Shown one piece after another: positions 39,086 through 49,722 of a stretch of 64,000 bases of DNA. The position numbers and the translations under genes are program-made. This stretch comes from an uncultured delta proteobacterium (GTDB lineage Bacteria; Desulfobacterota; Binatia; UBA9968), in NCBI GenBank assembly GCA_963727625.1, contig CAVSHR010000008.1, positions 256,001-320,000 of the forward strand, written 5' to 3'. A model generated the notes under the pieces. The model was not told where the DNA came from and did not search any database. It was given only the letters and a program-made list of their open reading frames with translations. Position 1 is the first letter of the stretch; every line of letters begins with the position of its first letter.

Positions 39086-39922
39086 ATGATCAAGAACATC
39101 CTTGTACCTCTGGACGGTTCCGAACATTCAAAAGCGGCGCTGGACTACGCAATCTGGATCGCTCAGAAGTTCGACGGCACACTCTTCGGCCAGCATATCA
39201 TCGACACCGTTTCCCTGGAGGGAACTTTCTTTCACGACATTTCAGGCTCCCTCGGTTTCGAACCCTATTTGGATTTTTCGAGCAAGATGCGCGAGATTCT
39301 CGATGAACGTGGCAAAATGATCCTCGAGGATTTCGCCGCCCGTTGCGAAAAAAAAGCCGTGCGCTACACGACCTGCCTCGACATGGGTCTTATCGCCAAC
39401 GAGATCTGCGAGCGCGCCAAGGTTGCCGATCTGGTGGTAATCGGCCATCGCGGCGTCAACGAAGAATTTTCCACCGGACTGCTGGGCTCGACCACAGAAA
39501 CCATCACTCGCAAATGTCCCCGACCGATCTTTGTTTCAACAAAACAATTCACGGTCGTTGAAAAGCCGTTATTGGCTTATGACGGCAGCCAGCGCGCCAG
39601 CTCCGCCATGGAATCCGCGGCGGAATTCTGCTCGGTGCTGAATTTGCCGCTGACCGTACTAACCATCGCCAAGGAAGAGGCCGTAGCGCGCAGCAATTTG
39701 CACCAGGCAAAAAACTATTTGAGTAGCTACACCCTCGACGTGACCTACGAGAGCACGCACGGGCACCCCGAACAAAAAATCATCGAGCAACTGGTCAATC
39801 TGCGCCATGACTTGCTCTTCATCGGCGCCTACGGCCACCGCCGGATCATTGAAATGGTGCTCGGCAGCACGACCGAATATGTGCTGCGCAACGCGCCCTG
39901 CCCGGTGTTCTTGAACAGATAA
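39086..39922 (+). CDS. Universal stress protein (tandem Usp domains)
   Basis: ILVPLDGS, DLVVIGHRG..LLGSTTE, LLAYDGS and LGSTTEYVLR..CPV. Confidence 0.9.
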   Translation: MIKNILVPLDGSEHSKAALDYAIWIAQKFDGTLFGQHIIDTVSLEGTFFHDISGSLGFEPYLDFSSKMREILDERGKMILEDFAARCEKKAVRYTTCLDMGLIANEICERAKVADLVVIGHRGVNEEFSTGLLGSTTETITRKCPRPIFVSTKQFTVVEKPLLAYDGSQRASSAMESAAEFCSVLNLPLTVLTIAKEEAVARSNLHQAKNYLSSYTLDVTYESTHGHPEQKIIEQLVNLRHDLLFIGAYGHRRIIEMVLGSTTEYVLRNAPCPVFLNR

Positions 39923-39971
39923 AACTGCCGTTCAAGATTCAAGGGCTCAAAAGTTTGAGGTCGGATCAGCT

Positions 39972-40778
39972 ATGGGGTTTATTGCCGCAGCGGTTCAAAT
40001 GATGGCCGGGAGCGACAAGGCCTCCAATTTAAAAGAAGCCGAGCGCTGGGTGCGCGAGGCCGCCGGCGCCGGCGCCCGAGTCATCGCATTGCCTGAAGTT
40101 TTTATCTGGCGCGGCAGCAAGAAATTGGAGCGGGGACAAGCCGAGCCGATACCCGGTCCATCGTCGCGGGCGATGGCTCATTTGGCGCGCGAGCTAAAAA
40201 TCTATCTGCTCGCTGGGTCGATTCTCGAAGAGATTTCCGAAAGCGACAAGGCTTACAACACGAGTTTGCTCTTCGATCCGGCGGGGAAACTGCTGGCGTC
40301 TTACCGAAAGATCCACCTCTTCGACGTCGACCTTGCCAACGGCGTGTCGCTGCGCGAATCCGATACCCGCGCTCATGGCGAGTCGGTGGTGGTCGGCGCC
40401 GGCGAGCTTTGCGCCATGGGTCTGAGCATCTGTTACGATCTGCGTTTTCCTGAGCTCTACCGCGGCCTGGCCAGGCAGGGTGCCGAGCTGATCTTTGTTC
40501 CCGCGGCGTTCACCGCCTTCACCGGCGCGGCGCACTGGGAAAGTCTCTTGCGTGCCCGCGCCATAGAGAACCAAGCCTACGTCATCGCCCCGGGCCAGTT
40601 CGGCCAGAGCGAGCATAGTTTCAAGACCCACGGCCACTCGATGATCGTCGATCCCTGGGGCAAAATCCTAGCTGAGCTACCCGACGGTCCGGGTTTTATC
40701 AGCGCCGAAATCGATCTGAATTATCTCGCCAAAGTGCGCTCCGAATTACCCGCGCTGACGCACCGCCGGCTCGACTGA
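39972..40778 (+). CDS. Carbon-nitrogen hydrolase (Nit1 / deaminated glutathione amidase-like)
   Basis: Glu-Lys-Cys triad: LPE, YRKIHLFD and ICYDLRFPE. It also has RARAIENQ and GHSMIVDPWG. Confidence 0.9.
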   Translation: MGFIAAAVQMMAGSDKASNLKEAERWVREAAGAGARVIALPEVFIWRGSKKLERGQAEPIPGPSSRAMAHLARELKIYLLAGSILEEISESDKAYNTSLLFDPAGKLLASYRKIHLFDVDLANGVSLRESDTRAHGESVVVGAGELCAMGLSICYDLRFPELYRGLARQGAELIFVPAAFTAFTGAAHWESLLRARAIENQAYVIAPGQFGQSEHSFKTHGHSMIVDPWGKILAELPDGPGFISAEIDLNYLAKVRSELPALTHRRLD

Positions 40779-40825
40779 CCCGACAGGCGGTCGCGGCTCG
40801 GTGATCAGGCCGCGCGCGATTGAAG

Positions 40826-41554
40826 TCATTTTTGCCGCGCCGCAAAGACCGCTTTGTAATCCGACCAGGCTTGCGCGCCGGCGCGATCAAAAACTTTCTC
40901 GCGCAGGCCGCCAGCATAATCGGCCGGAATATAGTTGATCCTTTCAGTGTAAGACGGTTTGACGCGGACTCCCTGGGATTGTAGCCGGTCGGCTTGAACG
41001 AGATTGGCCAAGACGGCGGCGATCTCTTCGTGATCGGTCCACATGGCCTTGTAGGCGACCCGGCCGTTCTTGTCGACGATGTAGATCATATTCGGCATGG
41101 AGCCGTAGCGCCGGTGCACCGTGCCCTCGAGATCGTCAACCAAGAGAGGATTTTCGATGTCGTCCTGTTCCCGGCAATCCTTGGCGTACCGAAGCTTTTG
41201 CTGCTGAGTCTTGTGCGCCGGGTAATTTTCGCCCGGGTGGGGTTCGCGTACGTAGATCGTAAAGAACTCGAAGCCGTGGTCGCGATGTTCTTTGTAGAGG
41301 CGATTTAAGGGCGAGACCTCGCCCACGAAGGGCGGTCACGTAATGCTACCGAACTCCAACAGCACGTGCTTCCGGCCGCGCAGGGCCGACAGGCGCACGC
41401 TCTCGCCTTCTGGAGTCGCGAGCTCAAAATCCGGCGCCTCGTCGCCGGCACGAAGGGTACTCTTGAACTCGTCGGATTTGCCGACGCTTTCGGAGCGCGC
41501 GAAGGCCGCGTAGTTGTAGCGTTCCGCGCCGCTTTTCATCTCTGGCTTGGCCAT
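40826..41554 (-). CDS. Deiodinase-like / redoxin-fold selenoprotein (242 aa, Sec at the TGA 41338-41336)
   Basis: Two ORFs join in frame across TGA: GDEAPDFEL...VLLEFGSIT-U-PPFVGEV...IYVREPHPGE...YGSMPN. An RBS lies before ATG 41554 and a SECIS-like hairpin follows the TGA. Confidence 0.85.
41309..41324 (-). promoter_or_regulatory. Bacterial SECIS element
   Basis: GGGCGA-GGUC-UCGCCC hairpin starting 11 nt after the UGA, with G/GU in the apical loop. Confidence 0.75.
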
Positions 41555-41629
41555 AAATCTTCCTTTAGCTGTCAATTGGGTATGACTTTAAAGGTGCCAC
41601 GGGCGCCGAGTCAAGGCGGAGCCGCCGAC

Positions 41630-42157
41630 TTATGGGTCGTGGTAATTGAGCTCGTTGTGCTGGATCGTATTGACGAAGCAGAGCGCCAGCGGTTTGCCGG
41701 CTTTTTTGGCGAGAACGAGCAGTCGCGATGCGGTCTCGCTTCGTCTGAGGAATACCCGGTAGCCGAGCTGCTCGTAGGCGCTTTTTTCCGGCAGGCTGCG
41801 GGCGTAAATAATCGCCGCGCGCTCGCCGATCAAGCCCGGCGCGAGGCTTTGCGCCAACGGCAAGCCCTGGCCGGCGTTGTTGCCGAAAACCACGTAATCC
41901 ACGGCACCGTCCAGCTCCGCCAGCGCGGCCACGATCGCCGGTGATGAGACATCGTCCCAGTTTCTCATTTCGAACTTGGCCTGTGCCGCGGTTAGGACGG
42001 TCGGATATCCTGCCGCGACTTGAAAGATGCCGTTCCGCTGCACCAGCCGCGTCCACGGCAGCGGCGGGTCGGTGACAAACTCGCCAACGGTAACTTCGTT
42101 ATCCAATATCAAGGCGACGTAGTGATCGGTCGATAAGCGTTTAAGTTCTTGATTCAT
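41630..42157 (-). CDS. Hypothetical protein
   Basis: 175-aa ORF with ATG and plausible composition, co-oriented between the TA pair and the selenoprotein. Confidence 0.6.
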   Translation of the reverse strand: MNQELKRLSTDHYVALILDNEVTVGEFVTDPPLPWTRLVQRNGIFQVAAGYPTVLTAAQAKFEMRNWDDVSSPAIVAALAELDGAVDYVVFGNNAGQGLPLAQSLAPGLIGERAAIIYARSLPEKSAYEQLGYRVFLRRSETASRLLVLAKKAGKPLALCFVNTIQHNELNYHDP

Positions 42158-42174
42158 AAGTTCAATGTTGTTTG

Positions 42175-42576
42175 CTAATGATAGATTTGCCTAAAATCCT
42201 TTCCGTTCCATGGCATTAAGTAGCCGGTTCCTGGCGTCGACTCCCTTGCTTTGAGAACGATTTGAGGCCACCAGTGCACCAGGCTTTCTGCTTGTTTCCA
42301 AAACCCCTTGCTGGCCCAGCCGTCGGCGAAGAAGAAGGCGGTCAGTCCGGACTCTTGCCAGGCTTTTCTCTGTGCTTGTCCTCTCGATATTCTGGGATCC
42401 CCGGAAATAATGACCCAGTCGCCGTCGTCGGCGAGCTTACGAATCCATGCTTCATCAGTAGTTTCTGGCGCGAATCGCTCGGTGAGATGGACAAGTTCGT
42501 ATTGTTGTATTTGAGCAAGGATGCGGAGGGCTTCGACGAATTTTACTGAGACGCAGTTGTCGAAGAAAAATCTCAC
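42175..42576 (-). CDS. PIN-like toxin (VapC45 / PIN_10-type)
   Basis: MRFFFDNCVS, DEAWI and WVIISGDPRI motifs. It overlaps the upstream antitoxin (GTGA). Confidence 0.75.
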   Translation of the reverse strand: MRFFFDNCVSVKFVEALRILAQIQQYELVHLTERFAPETTDEAWIRKLADDGDWVIISGDPRISRGQAQRKAWQESGLTAFFFADGWASKGFWKQAESLVHWWPQIVLKARESTPGTGYLMPWNGKDFRQIYH

Positions 42577-43274
42577 GCCGCCAGCTTGGTTTCAAACTGA
42601 ACCGCGTCCGCTACTTCTTGTGCGTCGATACCATACCACCGAGCGACAAAATCGACGGACTTCTCGGCTTGCACCGCGCTGTTGAGGATTTTCGTTGGAA
42701 TGCCGGCCCTGGCGACGATCGGCGCCCCGAACGCACGGCGCGGGTCGATCACGACGGAGCGATCTTTGCCGAGCGGCCACCAGCGCGTGGGTTCTTTCAA
42801 TTCGTTGAATTCCAAGCCCGCATACAAAAATGGCGCCATCACCGCCTTGAAGACAAATTGATCGCTCATAATATCGAGGAGGGCCTTGTCACCGGTTTCC
42901 TTTGTAATTTCCGCGAGAATCGTCCGGCCGTCCGATTTAAAGATCTGTGTGGAAAATGGATGGTGACGCCCGAGTAATTCTTTCGCCCGCTGCGATGCAA
43001 TCCGGAGAGCCTTTGTACTTACGCCTTTTTGTCTGAAGGCGTCGAGGAATCTGATTTCGATCAAATCCGCGAAGGTGAGAACGGGGCTTTCTCCAGGTTC
43101 CGGCTCCCGCCCGATAATCGGAGGCATAGTCAGACGGGTGCCACGATACGCAAACGTGTATCCTCGAGACCAACGGCTGATCCGGTGGCGGTTCACACCC
43201 GTCAGCAGAGACGCCTCTGCAAGCGTGTAAACCCCGCGCCCGACATTACTAAAATGCAACTTGCTTACCTCCAA
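42573..43274 (-). CDS. VapB45-like antitoxin (HTH plus DUF433 domain)
   Basis: GVYTLAEAS, LTFADLIE, HPFS and IDPRRAFGAP. The true start may be the TTG at 43259, after GGAGG. Confidence 0.8.
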   Translation of the reverse strand: MEVSKLHFSNVGRGVYTLAEASLLTGVNRHRISRWSRGYTFAYRGTRLTMPPIIGREPEPGESPVLTFADLIEIRFLDAFRQKGVSTKALRIASQRAKELLGRHHPFSTQIFKSDGRTILAEITKETGDKALLDIMSDQFVFKAVMAPFLYAGLEFNELKEPTRWWPLGKDRSVVIDPRRAFGAPIVARAGIPTKILNSAVQAEKSVDFVARWYGIDAQEVADAVQFETKLAA

Positions 43275-43354
43275 TATGCGACGTTCTTATTCTAAACAGC
43301 TACCGTAATGCAAGCAACGGCTCGGATCGAATGAGCAACCTGCCTAACACGGTT

Positions 43355-43459
43355 TTACGGCTCGCCGTTAAATGCCCGAAGGAGCAGCGACTGAAAGAGA
43401 TCCTCCAAGCGGGGGCTGGCGGCTTGCTCGGCTTCCATCGCGCGGAGTTCGGCGATTCT
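43355..43459 (-). pseudogene. C-terminal remnant of a type I R-M specificity subunit (HsdS)
   Basis: It translates RIAELRAMEAEQAASPRLEDLFQSLLLRAFNGEP*, the typical HsdS end (..LFQSLLxRAFxGEL). A stop lies upstream and the rest of the gene is absent. Confidence 0.65.
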
Positions 43460-43508
43460 TCAGTGATTTGCGCGTCGAGTCACGGGGCGCCCGGGATTTG
43501 TCCGGACG

Positions 43509-46349
43509 TCAGGTGGTCACAAACTGTGACCGGTTCATTTTGTAATTGGTTGCCTGCGATGATGCACCTGCGAGTATCCCGAGCACTTCTCCTGGCTGCC
43601 GCGCCACCGCCCAACTCCACTTCCCGAATCCGCCGTGCTCGTTCACCGCTTTCACCCACTCGTCGAGAAACTTGCGCTTGGTCTTATCCTGATCGGTGTC
43701 CTGGCCTTTTGTTTCGAGAACTAAGAAATTACCGGTCTTGAGCCGGACGATAAAATCGGGACGGTATTTGGCCACGACGCCCTTGAAAACGTACAGGATT
43801 TCAAATCCCAGATGATCGTTTTTGACCCAGGCGTCAACATCCCCACTGTGATCGAGCTGGAACGCATCGGCCGACTCCCAGGTGCTGTCGTAAACGCAAA
43901 AGTTGACGTGCGACCGCTTGGTGAATTCGCACGGCCTACCGCTGTACCAGGTTCGCATATCGCCGGTCGAAACGATGGGTCTTTCCGTGTCGAACACGAG
44001 AGCCAGCGATTCGGTATTCTCGGTGCTGATACTTTCCCACATATGTTGGACAACCTTGCCAAGATTGAGCGTCACAACAAGCCGGCGCCGAAGATCGTCC
44101 TGATTGAAGAGCGGCGGTGTGATGTCGATCTTGCCGGAGGCGACGAACTCTTCCATCAATCGAATGAGCCGCGCCAGCAGGTACTCTTTGCTGCCTTTCC
44201 AGCTCGGCTTCATCTGATCGAAAATGCCGCTGGCGGTCTCGAAGGCGATTTTTTGCCAACGAAATTTTCTTCCTAACTCCTCAATATCGATTTCAGAAAG
44301 CTTGGTGACATCCGGCTTGCCGTCGACGATCGGCGCCACTTCGGCCAAGGTCGGCGTCTTGAGAGCGTCCAACTCCAGCGGCTTAACCTTGGCGAAATCC
44401 AGTTTCAGCTCTTGCCGGTAGATATGGTCGATTCGGATGATGTTCGGCCAACTGATCTCGAATTCTTTCTTCTCGATGACCGGTTCGATTTTGGTTTTAG
44501 GCGCGGGTGGCGGTGGCGGAGGGCCGTCCTGCGCTTCATGCGGCAGGAAAGTAAAAGGCACTCCGAAAATGTTGACGTATTCCGCCTCGAACAGGTTTTT
44601 TTGCTTGTCGAATTCGTACGAGACCCGCCTGAGTCCACGCCCGACGACTTGCTCGCAAAGTAACTGGCTGGAGAAAGCGCGCAGGCCCATGATGTGAGTG
44701 ACCGTTCGCGCATCCCACCCTTCGGATAACATGCCGACCGAGATGACATTCTGAATCTGTTCACCGGGCTTGCCTTCTTTCCCGACCGTATCAACTTGTT
44801 GGCGGAGTTGCTCGGCGAGTTCTTTCTTGGAGAGCTTTCGCACCGGTTCGTCGTCATTGTCTTCAGCGTCATCTCGATCGTTGGCGCTGTTAAAGGTTAC
44901 CGGTTCTTCTTGTGCTTCTGCGGTATCAAGAACTTTAGAATCGATGTGCAGAGTCCGCTCCGGCGCGCAGAGTTCATCGAGCAATATTTTCTTGTGATCG
45001 AAGGCATACTTTACCCGCGCTGCAGTCTCCGTGCGGTTGGCGACGGTGATCATGACCGGCGGCGTGCGCAGTCCTTGCGCTTTCCATCCCTTCGCGGCTT
45101 CGAGCCAATCTTTACCGAGCAGGTAATATCCGGTGGTCACCAGGTCGGGCAGCGGTACTTGCTCTTCCGCTTTGCGATTGAGATCGTCTTTGACATGTTC
45201 GTAGATGTGGTAAAGCTTCGACTTGTAGGTCTTGGCGTCCGGCACACCGTCGTCGCGCACGACGACACGCGGCGTTTTGACGAGGCCGGATTCGATGGCG
45301 TCGTTAAGACCAAAATCACTGACAATCCAGTCGAACTAGGCTTCGTCCGAGCTTTGCTTGCCCGATAGCGCGAAAGGCGTCGCCGAGAAGTCGTAGCAAT
45401 TTAGAATTCCACGCGCCCTGTGGATACGGTCCAGCCCGCCGACCCACTTGGTCGCTTCTTCGATATCTTCCTTTTTGACGCCTTTGATCTTCGACTCCGC
45501 CGGTATTCGCCAGGCGTGGTGCGCCTCATCGTTGATGACCAAGAGATTGGGGGTGCTTGCCAGCTCGCCAAGGACTTCTCTGACGTAGGCTTCGTCGCTC
45601 TTCGCGCCACGCTTATCCACTGACTTTCTTTTCGCGATCCGTTCTTCCGAATCCCAATTGAGCGTGTGCCAGTTGCGCACCAGGACTTTGCCTTGGCGCA
45701 GCTTATCCAAGAGCGCCGCTGGCACGACGTTAAATTCATCGTAAAAATTATTCTGTCCCGCCGGCTCCAAGACTTGCAGCCGGCTTTTTACCGTGAGCCC
45801 CGGCGCGACGACGAAAACATATTTCGAATAGCGCGCGTCCTGCGGGTAGGTGACTTTGTTGATGACCTGCCACGCGATCAGCATTGCCATGACGATGGTT
45901 TTGCCCGAGCCGGTCGCCATCTTCGAACAAAGCCGCGTGAACGCGCCGCCGTCCGACGGGACATCGATGCCGACTTTCTCCGAAGCCGGCGCTTCGGCGA
46001 GCCAGATGAGCGTTTCCATCGCTTCCAACTGGCAGAAGAAAAACTGATGCTCGCGCTCGTCGGGATTGTTCCAGTGCTCTAGCAGGCGCTTGGTGATACC
46101 GGTGACGCCGGAATAGCCCGCTTCTCGCCACGCTTTCACGCGCGGGCGAATCTGATTGACCAGCGGGATCTCAACGAATATTCCGGGATCGTCGAAGGCT
46201 TTGGAGCTTTGCGATGCGATGACGTAACCAGCGGGCCGCCGACCTGTTTTTTGATCGAAGGTTCGGCTCTCGCGGTCATAGCTCCAGTAGTGTTTAGGCT
46301 CTTCGTAAGGCGAGTTGATGATGAGGTGATCGATGGTCGTTCGGGCCAT
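43509..46349 (-). pseudogene. Type III restriction endonuclease Res subunit interrupted by one in-frame TAG (45338-45336)
   Basis: MATGSGKT, DEAHH, SATP, then EA*FDWIVSDFGLNDAIESG in frame. It continues with LSEGWD, QVVGRGLR and YRPDF..LETKG (PD-EXK). Confidence 0.85.
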
Positions 46350-46369
46350 CCGTGTAACCAACCTGTGCT

Positions 46370-46582
46370 TCAGTTTGCCTGTGGAATAGACTCGAACAGC
46401 AGGCGGTTGATTTCGGTGTCCGGTGCCCGCTTCGACAGGTAGAGCATCTCCACGCCCACGACGCGATCCTGCTCGTCGTAATCCACGATGATGCCCGGCG
46501 ATACTTCCTCGGAACGGCTCGCCGGCGCGTCGGTCAAGCTTAGGTACAAGGCGTCGGCCTGTTGGTCCACTTTAAGCTTCAT
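46370..46582 (-). CDS. DUF2283 family protein (putative antitoxin)
   Basis: DQQADALYL..SEEVSPGIIVDYD..VVGVEML. Confidence 0.85.
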   Translation of the reverse strand: MKLKVDQQADALYLSLTDAPASRSEEVSPGIIVDYDEQDRVVGVEMLYLSKRAPDTEINRLLFESIPQAN

Positions 46583-46827
46583 GGAACGGTCCTCCTTCGA
46601 TCAAAAAATGCCGTCACGATCCGGGGCGGCGTTGTTTTTCCGTTCACTATAACACGCAGGACGCGATTACCCCACTCGGGAATCCGGGCCAGCCGATGTT
46701 CGAGATCGAGATCTACGGGATCAGCTTCGGTCGCTTCTGGCAAATCGAGTACACGTTCGACCCAAGCCAACTCGATTTTTCGCTTTTCAAGAGCGTCGCG
46801 GGCGTGCTCGGTCAACTCGTAGGCCAT
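46579..46827 (-). CDS. DUF4258 family protein (putative RelE-like toxin)
   Basis: LTEHARD..RKI..V..VL..P, RVLRVIVN and IVTAFFDRR. It overlaps DUF2283 (ATGA). Confidence 0.8.
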   Translation of the reverse strand: MAYELTEHARDALEKRKIELAWVERVLDLPEATEADPVDLDLEHRLARIPEWGNRVLRVIVNGKTTPPRIVTAFFDRRRTVP

Positions 46828-46834
46828 TCAACTC

Positions 46835-49399
46835 TCATCCGGGAAGGTCCAGAAGTCTCAGACTCTCGATTCCTCGATCATCCACGATCTTGACCGCGAT
46901 ACGTTTGTGCTTCCCGCCCTCAAACGGTAGCGACACCGTGCCGCGATACGCTTCGATCAGCTCTTCGTCGATCTCCGCCTTGAGATTTCGTGCCAGCCGC
47001 GCCCAGCCGTCGTTTTCACCGGCCAACGGGAAGAACACCTGCCACGGCAGCAAGCTTCTGCCGTCGTAGTCGATATCGAGCATCCAGATCGCGATCTTTT
47101 CATTGCCGCCAGACTCGATGGTGCCCGTCTTGGTGTTGTAGTAGTCGAAGCCCATCACTTCGACCTGAAACTTACCCTTGTCGTCACCATCTTTGATGTT
47201 CTTGAGCACGATGTCGGGCTGGCCGATGAGCCAGAAGCTCTCGTTGCTCGCACGTTTCTTCTTCAGGTCTTCGGTCAACAGATCGGCGTTCATCTGGACT
47301 TTGAGAAGCGTCACGCCCGGCCAGTCGGTCTCGTCGATGTCTTTGGCCGCTTCCGGATCGAACTGAAAGGCGGCGAACACGATGATCTTCGGCTTCGGCA
47401 CCAGCGTCTGCGCTTCCTCGATCGCCAGCTCGACCTGCTTCTGTTCCAGCGGCGCATGCTCGGGACCGAACGAAATTACAACCCGCTGCGGTTTGCCGTA
47501 AAGGCCCTCCGGATCTTTTACTTTGTCCGCACCTTTGTCATTCGGCTTAGTCTCAGCCTCCGCATGCAGCCACCGCGTCCCCGGCAGCGGCTCGACACGT
47601 GAGAAAAGAACGTACTGCCTCTTCTTGCCGCGGATACCGGACTTCAATAATTCATCGCGCCATTCAGCCTGCCGCAACGTTTCACCGGACCGTGCTATCG
47701 ACTCATCCGCCGGTTGGTCGCTTTTGATCTCAACCAGCGGCTTAACCATCGGCGCTGGAACTGCTTCAACAGTGAACGGACCGGTAACCCGCGCTCGTGA
47801 GTTGTCCACGAAAGGTTGATCGTAGAGAACTTCTTGGTCCGCGGGTTCGTTGTTGGCGATGGACTTCAAAGTAATATGCGGAACGGTTTTGTATTTGAAG
47901 CCGCTGCCGACTCCTTCATGCGGATGCGCCAGTTCGTAGTAATCGTACACCGCCGTCATCAACCGCTGCTTTGCGAGCGTCAGGGCCACGCGTGATGAGT
48001 CACACGTAATCCAGCGGCGGCCCCACTCTTCAGCGACATACGCCGTCGTGCCGCTACCGCACGTTATATCGAGAACCAAGTCGCCGGGATCGGTGGTCAT
48101 GAGGACACATCGCTCGACAATGCGTCGATTTGTTTGCACTACGTAAATCGGGTCGCGTTCACCATGGAAATCCCAAATGTTCGGAATCGGGCTGAACGGA
48201 AAGTCGTCGAAAAATACAATTCCTCTAGCGGTATTTCTGGCTGCTCTGAGCCGGCCTGTTTCCGCAAGGCGTCGCATTCCAATCTCTGGATCATAAGTCC
48301 AATGGCGGTTTCTACCAGGAAAAAGCGGTTGCCCGTTTAACAGGAAAGGGCCGCTTCGCCCTTCTTGTTCGTCCTGACTCACTAACGGGTAGTCATCGTT
48401 GAAATAGCGAACTTTATTTTGCTCTAAGTCCTCTAACTGGCATTCATCAATATCCTTAACAGACCCGTCCTCAAACAAAACATTCGAGAAGCGACTTTTG
48501 GCGTCGTTCACCTTTTGAGGTTCAAAGAGCCTGTGCAACTTTAACGATTTCTTGTCTTTTGCATACCAGAGAAGAAAATCGTTAATCGGATCGGTTGTCG
48601 TTGTAACGGATTTCTTCTTTACCACGATAGAAACTGCGAAGTTTCTTTTCCCAAACACCTCATCCATTTATTGTCGTACGTAGTGCAGATTCTCATCGCT
48701 GATTTGCACAAAGATACTACCGTTCTCCGTTAGCAATTCTTTTGCGAGCAACAGGCGGTCTCTGAGATAAGCCAAATAGGAATGAATCCCCAACTCCCAA
48801 GTATCCCGAAATGCTTTAATCATCTCGGGTTCTTGGGTCAAATCTTCGTCCCTCCCATCCTTCACTCGCCGTTTATTGGTAAATGGTTGAAAGTTCGAGC
48901 CATAGGTTATGCCGTAGGGCGGGTCGATGTAGATCATCTGTACTTGCCCGGCCATGCCTTCCTTTTCGAGCAGGGAATTCATCACCAGCAGGGAGTCGCC
49001 GGCGATCAGGCGGTTGGACCAGTTGTGTGGATGTTTATAAAACTCGATGGCTTCACGCAGCGGCGGGTTTTCTTCGGGCGATTGAAACAGCGACATCTGC
49101 TGATCGGCCTGCCCATTGCGTCTGCGTACTGCTTCGACAATCGTGCGCGGGTCGATGCGCTCGTGGACGTGGAGCGAAACCGTCGGCACTTCGAACGAGG
49201 TCCGCTCCGCTTTGCCGGCCCAAACCAGTTGCGGGTCGAGATGCGGATCGTAGGCGTAGGTCTTCTTGCCGCTCTCTTTGTCCGTCGCGGGCGTGACTAA
49301 CCCGACCGGCGGATTGTTCGCCCGCTGCTTGCCTTTATGCGCGTACTGCTCGATGGGTTTCTTTTTTGAGCGGCTCGCGGTCTTCTTCGGTTTGGCCAT
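46835..49399 (-). pseudogene. Type III R-M DNA methyltransferase Mod interrupted by one in-frame TAA (48670-48668)
   Basis: [15 protein letters not shown], then HYVRQ*MDEVFG in frame. It continues with VLDITCGSGTT and terminal IAVKIVDDRGIES. Confidence 0.85.
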
Positions 49400-49421
49400 T
49401 CCTATCTCCGGATCAAGCCTT

Positions 49422-49480
49422 GTCAGAAATTAATCTTGAAATTTCCGCGATCTTACGCGATGCCGCAGCAGTCTGACAAG
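49422..49480. repeat. 59-bp imperfect direct repeat, copy 1 (contains a minus-strand promoter for mod)
   Basis: It aligns without gaps to 49711-49769. The minus strand has TTGTCA-N18-TAAGAT. Confidence 0.7.
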
Positions 49481-49581
49481 TCCAATGCCTTGAATCCTAA
49501 TCATACCGAACGTACTCTGAGTATCGGTGCGAGAAGTGATTGTCCTCTGGTATCGGAGATTGTGCCATAAGGAGCGATGCC

Positions 49582-49722
49582 TTGATTGAATCCCTACTGG
49601 TAGCCGTGACCCGGGTTTCGACGATGGCGGGCGGGACGCCGCTCACCGGCGCCACCGGCTTTTTTTTCGAGCGCGACGGCCGATGGTTTCTCATCATCAG
49701 CCGCCACGTGGTCGGAAATTAA
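49582..49722 (+). pseudogene. N-terminal fragment of a trypsin-like serine protease
   Basis: RBS AGGAG plus TTG, then ...GATGFFFERDGRWFLIISRHV. It is cut off where repeat copy 2 begins. Confidence 0.6.

Noticed and set aside
45336-45338. In-frame TAG in res as pyrrolysine or a recoded genetic code
   Set aside because: TAG and TAA end many normal genes in this window, no pyl genes are present, and the position looks like Leu. Global recoding is not supported.
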